Positions 61,273 through 64,000 of a stretch of DNA of 64,000 nt are shown here, one piece after another (the stretch's first letter is position 1; each line of letters begins with the position of its first letter). The stretch is from Acidobacteriota bacterium (GTDB lineage Bacteria; Acidobacteriota; UBA890; WLXD01), in assembly GCA_012103255.1 (NCBI GenBank), contig WLXD01000005.1:115225-179224 (forward strand), written 5' to 3'. Position numbers and translations under genes: made by a program. The notes under the pieces were generated by a model, which saw nothing but the letters and a program-made list of their open reading frames with translations, was not told the DNA's origin and made no database searches.

Positions 61273-61826
61273 CCGAGCCGGACAACAAGTTGATGGCGGC
61301 CGTCGAGGCTGCCCTGTACGCGGCTGACGAACCCGTCCCAGCGGCGCGGCTGGCCGAGGTCCTGACCAAGGCGCGAGTGCTCGCGGTGGAGGACGTTCCG
61401 GCCGTTCAGTCGGCCTGCCTGCACCTCGAGGACCGATACCGTGCGACAGGCTCGGGCCTTCAGATCTTCGAGATTGCCGGTGGCTACCGAGTGGGCACTC
61501 GCCCCGGCCTGGACGACATCGTGCGCGCTCTTCGGCACGTCGAGAAGCCATCACGGCTGTCGATCCCGGTTCTGGAGACGCTGGCGATCGTTGCGTACCG
61601 ACAGCCCGCGACGACGGCCGAGATCCAGGCCATCCGTGGCCGTGATCCGGGGGCGGCACTGCGGCGGCTACGAGACATGGGTTTGGTAAAGATCACAGGA
61701 CGTCGTCAGGCGGTCGGTCGACCGTTTACCTACGGTACGACGGACAAGTTCCTGGAGTTGTTCGGTCTACGTGACCTCGAGGAACTCCCTGCGCCGGAGG
61801 AGTTCCAGGAGCTCCTGGAGGCCTGA
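61269..61826 (+). CDS. scpB: Segregation and condensation protein B
   Basis: EAALY, AGGY, LETLAIVAYRQP, GRPFTYGTT..FLELFGL. Confidence 0.94.
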   Translation: MTEPDNKLMAAVEAALYAADEPVPAARLAEVLTKARVLAVEDVPAVQSACLHLEDRYRATGSGLQIFEIAGGYRVGTRPGLDDIVRALRHVEKPSRLSIPVLETLAIVAYRQPATTAEIQAIRGRDPGAALRRLRDMGLVKITGRRQAVGRPFTYGTTDKFLELFGLRDLEELPAPEEFQELLEA

Positions 61827-61827
61827 C

Positions 61828-62565
61828 TTGGGCGCAGCGCGGTTGCAGAAGCTCATTGCCAACGCTGGCCTTACGTCGCGCCGCAAGGCGGAGGACTGGA
61901 TCCGTGCCGGGCGCGTCTCCGTCGACGGGGAAACCGTCACCGACCTCGGGCGGCAGGCGGACCCCCTCACGCAGCAGGTTCGGGTCGATGGTGCACCGTT
62001 GCCGTCTCCGGAACGCGTGGTGCTCGCTCTCCACAAGCCAGTGGGCGTCGTGACCTCCATGAGCGATCCACACGCCGATCGTATCGTCACAGACCTGCTT
62101 GGAGATGATGTTGCTGAGCGCGTGTTCCCAGCCGGCCGCCTGGACAAGGACAGCGAGGGACTCGTCTTGATGACGAACGACGGAGCGCTCATGCAGGCTA
62201 TGACGCGGCCGGGCGGTCCTGTCGCCAAGGTGTACGAAGTGGATGTCCGCGGACTGCCGCAGATCGATGTGCTGAGTGACCTGCGTGATGGGGCGACGAT
62301 CGACAAAAGGACGCTGTTGCCGTGCGCGATCAAGATCATTCGTGAGCGATCCGCAGGTTCGCGCTATCGGGTGACGCTGCATGAGGGCAAGAAGAACCAG
62401 ATTCGCCGCATGTTTGGTGACCGGGGGCACCGCGTGCAGAGATTGGTCCGCACGAGTATCGGGCCCATTCAGCTCGGATCCCTACCCGTTGGCGAATACC
62501 GCCAACTCGCCGCTGATGAGGTCGAAGCACTCTGGGCCGTTGCGAAGGGGGAGGCGAGGCTGTGA
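61828..62565 (+). CDS. rluB: 23S rRNA pseudouridine synthase, RluB/RsuA family
   Basis: RLQKLIA..SRRKAE S4 domain, GRLDKDSEGL, EGKKNQIRRM; TTG start inferred. Confidence 0.88.
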   Translation: MGAARLQKLIANAGLTSRRKAEDWIRAGRVSVDGETVTDLGRQADPLTQQVRVDGAPLPSPERVVLALHKPVGVVTSMSDPHADRIVTDLLGDDVAERVFPAGRLDKDSEGLVLMTNDGALMQAMTRPGGPVAKVYEVDVRGLPQIDVLSDLRDGATIDKRTLLPCAIKIIRERSAGSRYRVTLHEGKKNQIRRMFGDRGHRVQRLVRTSIGPIQLGSLPVGEYRQLAADEVEALWAVAKGEARL

Positions 62566-63215
62566 CTCTGCGCATCGCGATTGACGGTCCCAGCGGCGCC
62601 GGCAAGTCCACCCTGGCGAGACGGCTCGCGAGCCACCTCGATCTTCCCTACATCGACACGGGTGCTATGTATCGAGCGGTCGGTCTCGAGGCGACGCGTC
62701 GTGGCTGTGTCAGCGCTCAAGAACTGACGGACATGGTCTCGGAGCTCGACCTGGCCGTGGTTAGCGATCCGTCGGACTTCCGAGTTCTCCTTGCGGGCCT
62801 CGACGTTACGGGTGAACTGCGGTCGACCGATGTCAGCATGCGCGCGTCGGAAGTGGCACAGGTTCCGGCAGTGCGTTCGTGGTTGGTCGAACGACAGCGC
62901 GCGATTGCCTCCGACGGCGCGGTGCTGGAGGGGCGCGACATCGGCTCCGAAGTGCTGCCGGATGCCGAGCTCAAGCTGTTCATTACCGCCGACGAGTCTG
63001 TGCGGATTCAGCGGAGAGCCGTTCAGCTCGGTGACGGGTGTGAGGCGACCTTGGCGCGCGAAATTCGCGAGCGCGATCGGCGCGATAGTCAACGGAAGGC
63101 GTCGCCTCTGGTGGTCCCGGAGGGCGCTGTGGTCATCGATACTGGCCACGACAACGAGGATGGCAGTTTCGCCCGAATTCTCGAAGCCCTCGATCAGGCG
63201 CTGAAAACGCGTTGA
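62562..63215 (+). CDS. cmk: Cytidylate kinase
   Basis: IAIDGPSGAGKST, DTGAMYRA, EGRDIG, RDRRDS.R..SPL. Confidence 0.95.
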   Translation: MTLRIAIDGPSGAGKSTLARRLASHLDLPYIDTGAMYRAVGLEATRRGCVSAQELTDMVSELDLAVVSDPSDFRVLLAGLDVTGELRSTDVSMRASEVAQVPAVRSWLVERQRAIASDGAVLEGRDIGSEVLPDAELKLFITADESVRIQRRAVQLGDGCEATLAREIRERDRRDSQRKASPLVVPEGAVVIDTGHDNEDGSFARILEALDQALKTR

Positions 63216-63240
63216 CAGCCCTCCGGGGCGGCCCTACCAT
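63212..63240 (+). promoter_or_regulatory. Strong sigma70 promoter for rpsA
   Basis: TTGACA-17 nt-TACCAT, overlapping the cmk stop codon. Confidence 0.75.
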
Positions 63241-63308
63241 GGCGGTCTGCCCGCAAGCGGCATCAGTGTGCCTGGCGGGTAAATTCTGTTCGGAGGAATG
63301 AAAATATT

Positions 63309-64000
63309 ATGACGGACGAAACCGTCCAGCCTGAAGAGGCTGCACCCACCACGAAACCTGAAGAGGCCGCGCCAGCGGAGCCTGAAGAGGCTGCGCCAGC
63401 GGAGCCCGAAGAGGCCGCGCCCGCGCAGCCCGAAGAGATCACACCGACGGCTTCGGCCGATCTGCTTGCCCAGCTTGATGCTATGGAGGGCGGCGAGATC
63501 GATCCCGAAGTCATGATGCAGCTCTACGCCGAGAGCCTGAAAGACCTCACCGAAGGCGACGTTGTCAACGGTCGCATCATCGAGGTGCGCGACACCGAAG
63601 TGGTTGTCGACATCGGCTACAAGTCCGAGGGTCTCGTCCCTATCGACGAGTTCAAAGATGCCCTTGGCGAGATCAACATTGAGGCCGGGGACGATGTAGA
63701 GGTTCTACTCGTCCGCCGCGAAGACCGCCACGGCAACGTGGTCGTATCGCGCGGCAAGGCCGAGCAGATGAAGGTCTGGGGCCGCATCGAAGAGGCCTTC
63801 GAGTCCGAGGAAACGATCACTGGTGTCGTTACCGATCGGGTGAAGGGTGGCCTTTCGGTCGACATTGGCGTCCGCGCCTTCTTGCCGGGTTCGCAGGTAG
63901 ACCTGCGACCGGTGCGCAACCTCGAAGCCATGAAGGGCGAAGAAATCGAGGTTCGGGTCATCAAGGTGAACCGTCGCCGCGCGAACGTCGTTGTTTCGCG
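63309..64000 (+). CDS. rpsA: 30S ribosomal protein S1 (runs off window end)
   Basis: VVVDIGYKSEGLVP, VKGGLSVDIGVRAFLPGSQVDLRPV; follows cmk. Confidence 0.95.
   Translation, partial: MTDETVQPEEAAPTTKPEEAAPAEPEEAAPAEPEEAAPAQPEEITPTASADLLAQLDAMEGGEIDPEVMMQLYAESLKDLTEGDVVNGRIIEVRDTEVVVDIGYKSEGLVPIDEFKDALGEINIEAGDDVEVLLVRREDRHGNVVVSRGKAEQMKVWGRIEEAFESEETITGVVTDRVKGGLSVDIGVRAFLPGSQVDLRPVRNLEAMKGEEIEVRVIKVNRRRANVVVS
63330..63449 (+). repeat. In-frame tandem repeat, about 5 x 24-27 nt (PEEAAPAE-type), in the rpsA 5' end
   Basis: Units CCTGAAGAGGCTGCACCC.., CCTGAAGAGGCCGCGCCAGCGGAG, CCTGAAGAGGCTGCGCCAGCGGAG, CCCGAAGAGGCCGCGCCCGCGCAG, CCCGAAGAG.. Confidence 0.9.

Noticed and set aside
63330-63449. 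rpsA 5' repeats as a CRISPR-like array
   Set aside because: Units are contiguous, in frame, vary mostly at synonymous sites and have no unique spacers

Overview
High-GC bacterial chromosome segment, most likely Acidobacteriota (inferred from an Acidobacterial-type VWA protein, a short PheT lacking the B2 domain, a TPR-AMIN-amidase and the gene order). It is densely coding, mostly core genes: the end of mutS, anmK, ilvE, pilT-recX-alaS, a lytic transglycosylase and amidase, a PHP-dcd-pepA-DHH operon, and a long minus-strand run from tRNA-Val through infC-rpmI-rplT-pheST-zapA-rny-ymdB-xseAB-ispA-tlyA-nadK. Further along are smc, a recG-rsmD-coaD-aminotransferase-uvrBC-S2P-scpAB-rluB-cmk run, and the start of rpsA. 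Between tRNA-Val(GAC) and tRNA-Thr(CGT) lies a roughly 16 kb accessory block of exported or envelope proteins. I saw no CRISPR array, integrase, transposase or phage gene. The best candidates for uncharacterised biology are: a Thr-nucleophile sulfatase-fold lipoprotein translationally coupled to a GT-C (DUF2723-like) glycosyltransferase; a short-armed SMC with a degenerate hinge; a DUF305 + His/Cys-rich LVIVD beta-propeller pair; a Cys-less PTPS-III-like QueD paralog; a remodelled BioY-like protein; and a structured RNA between zapA and rny. All family calls come from motif recognition by eye, not database searches.
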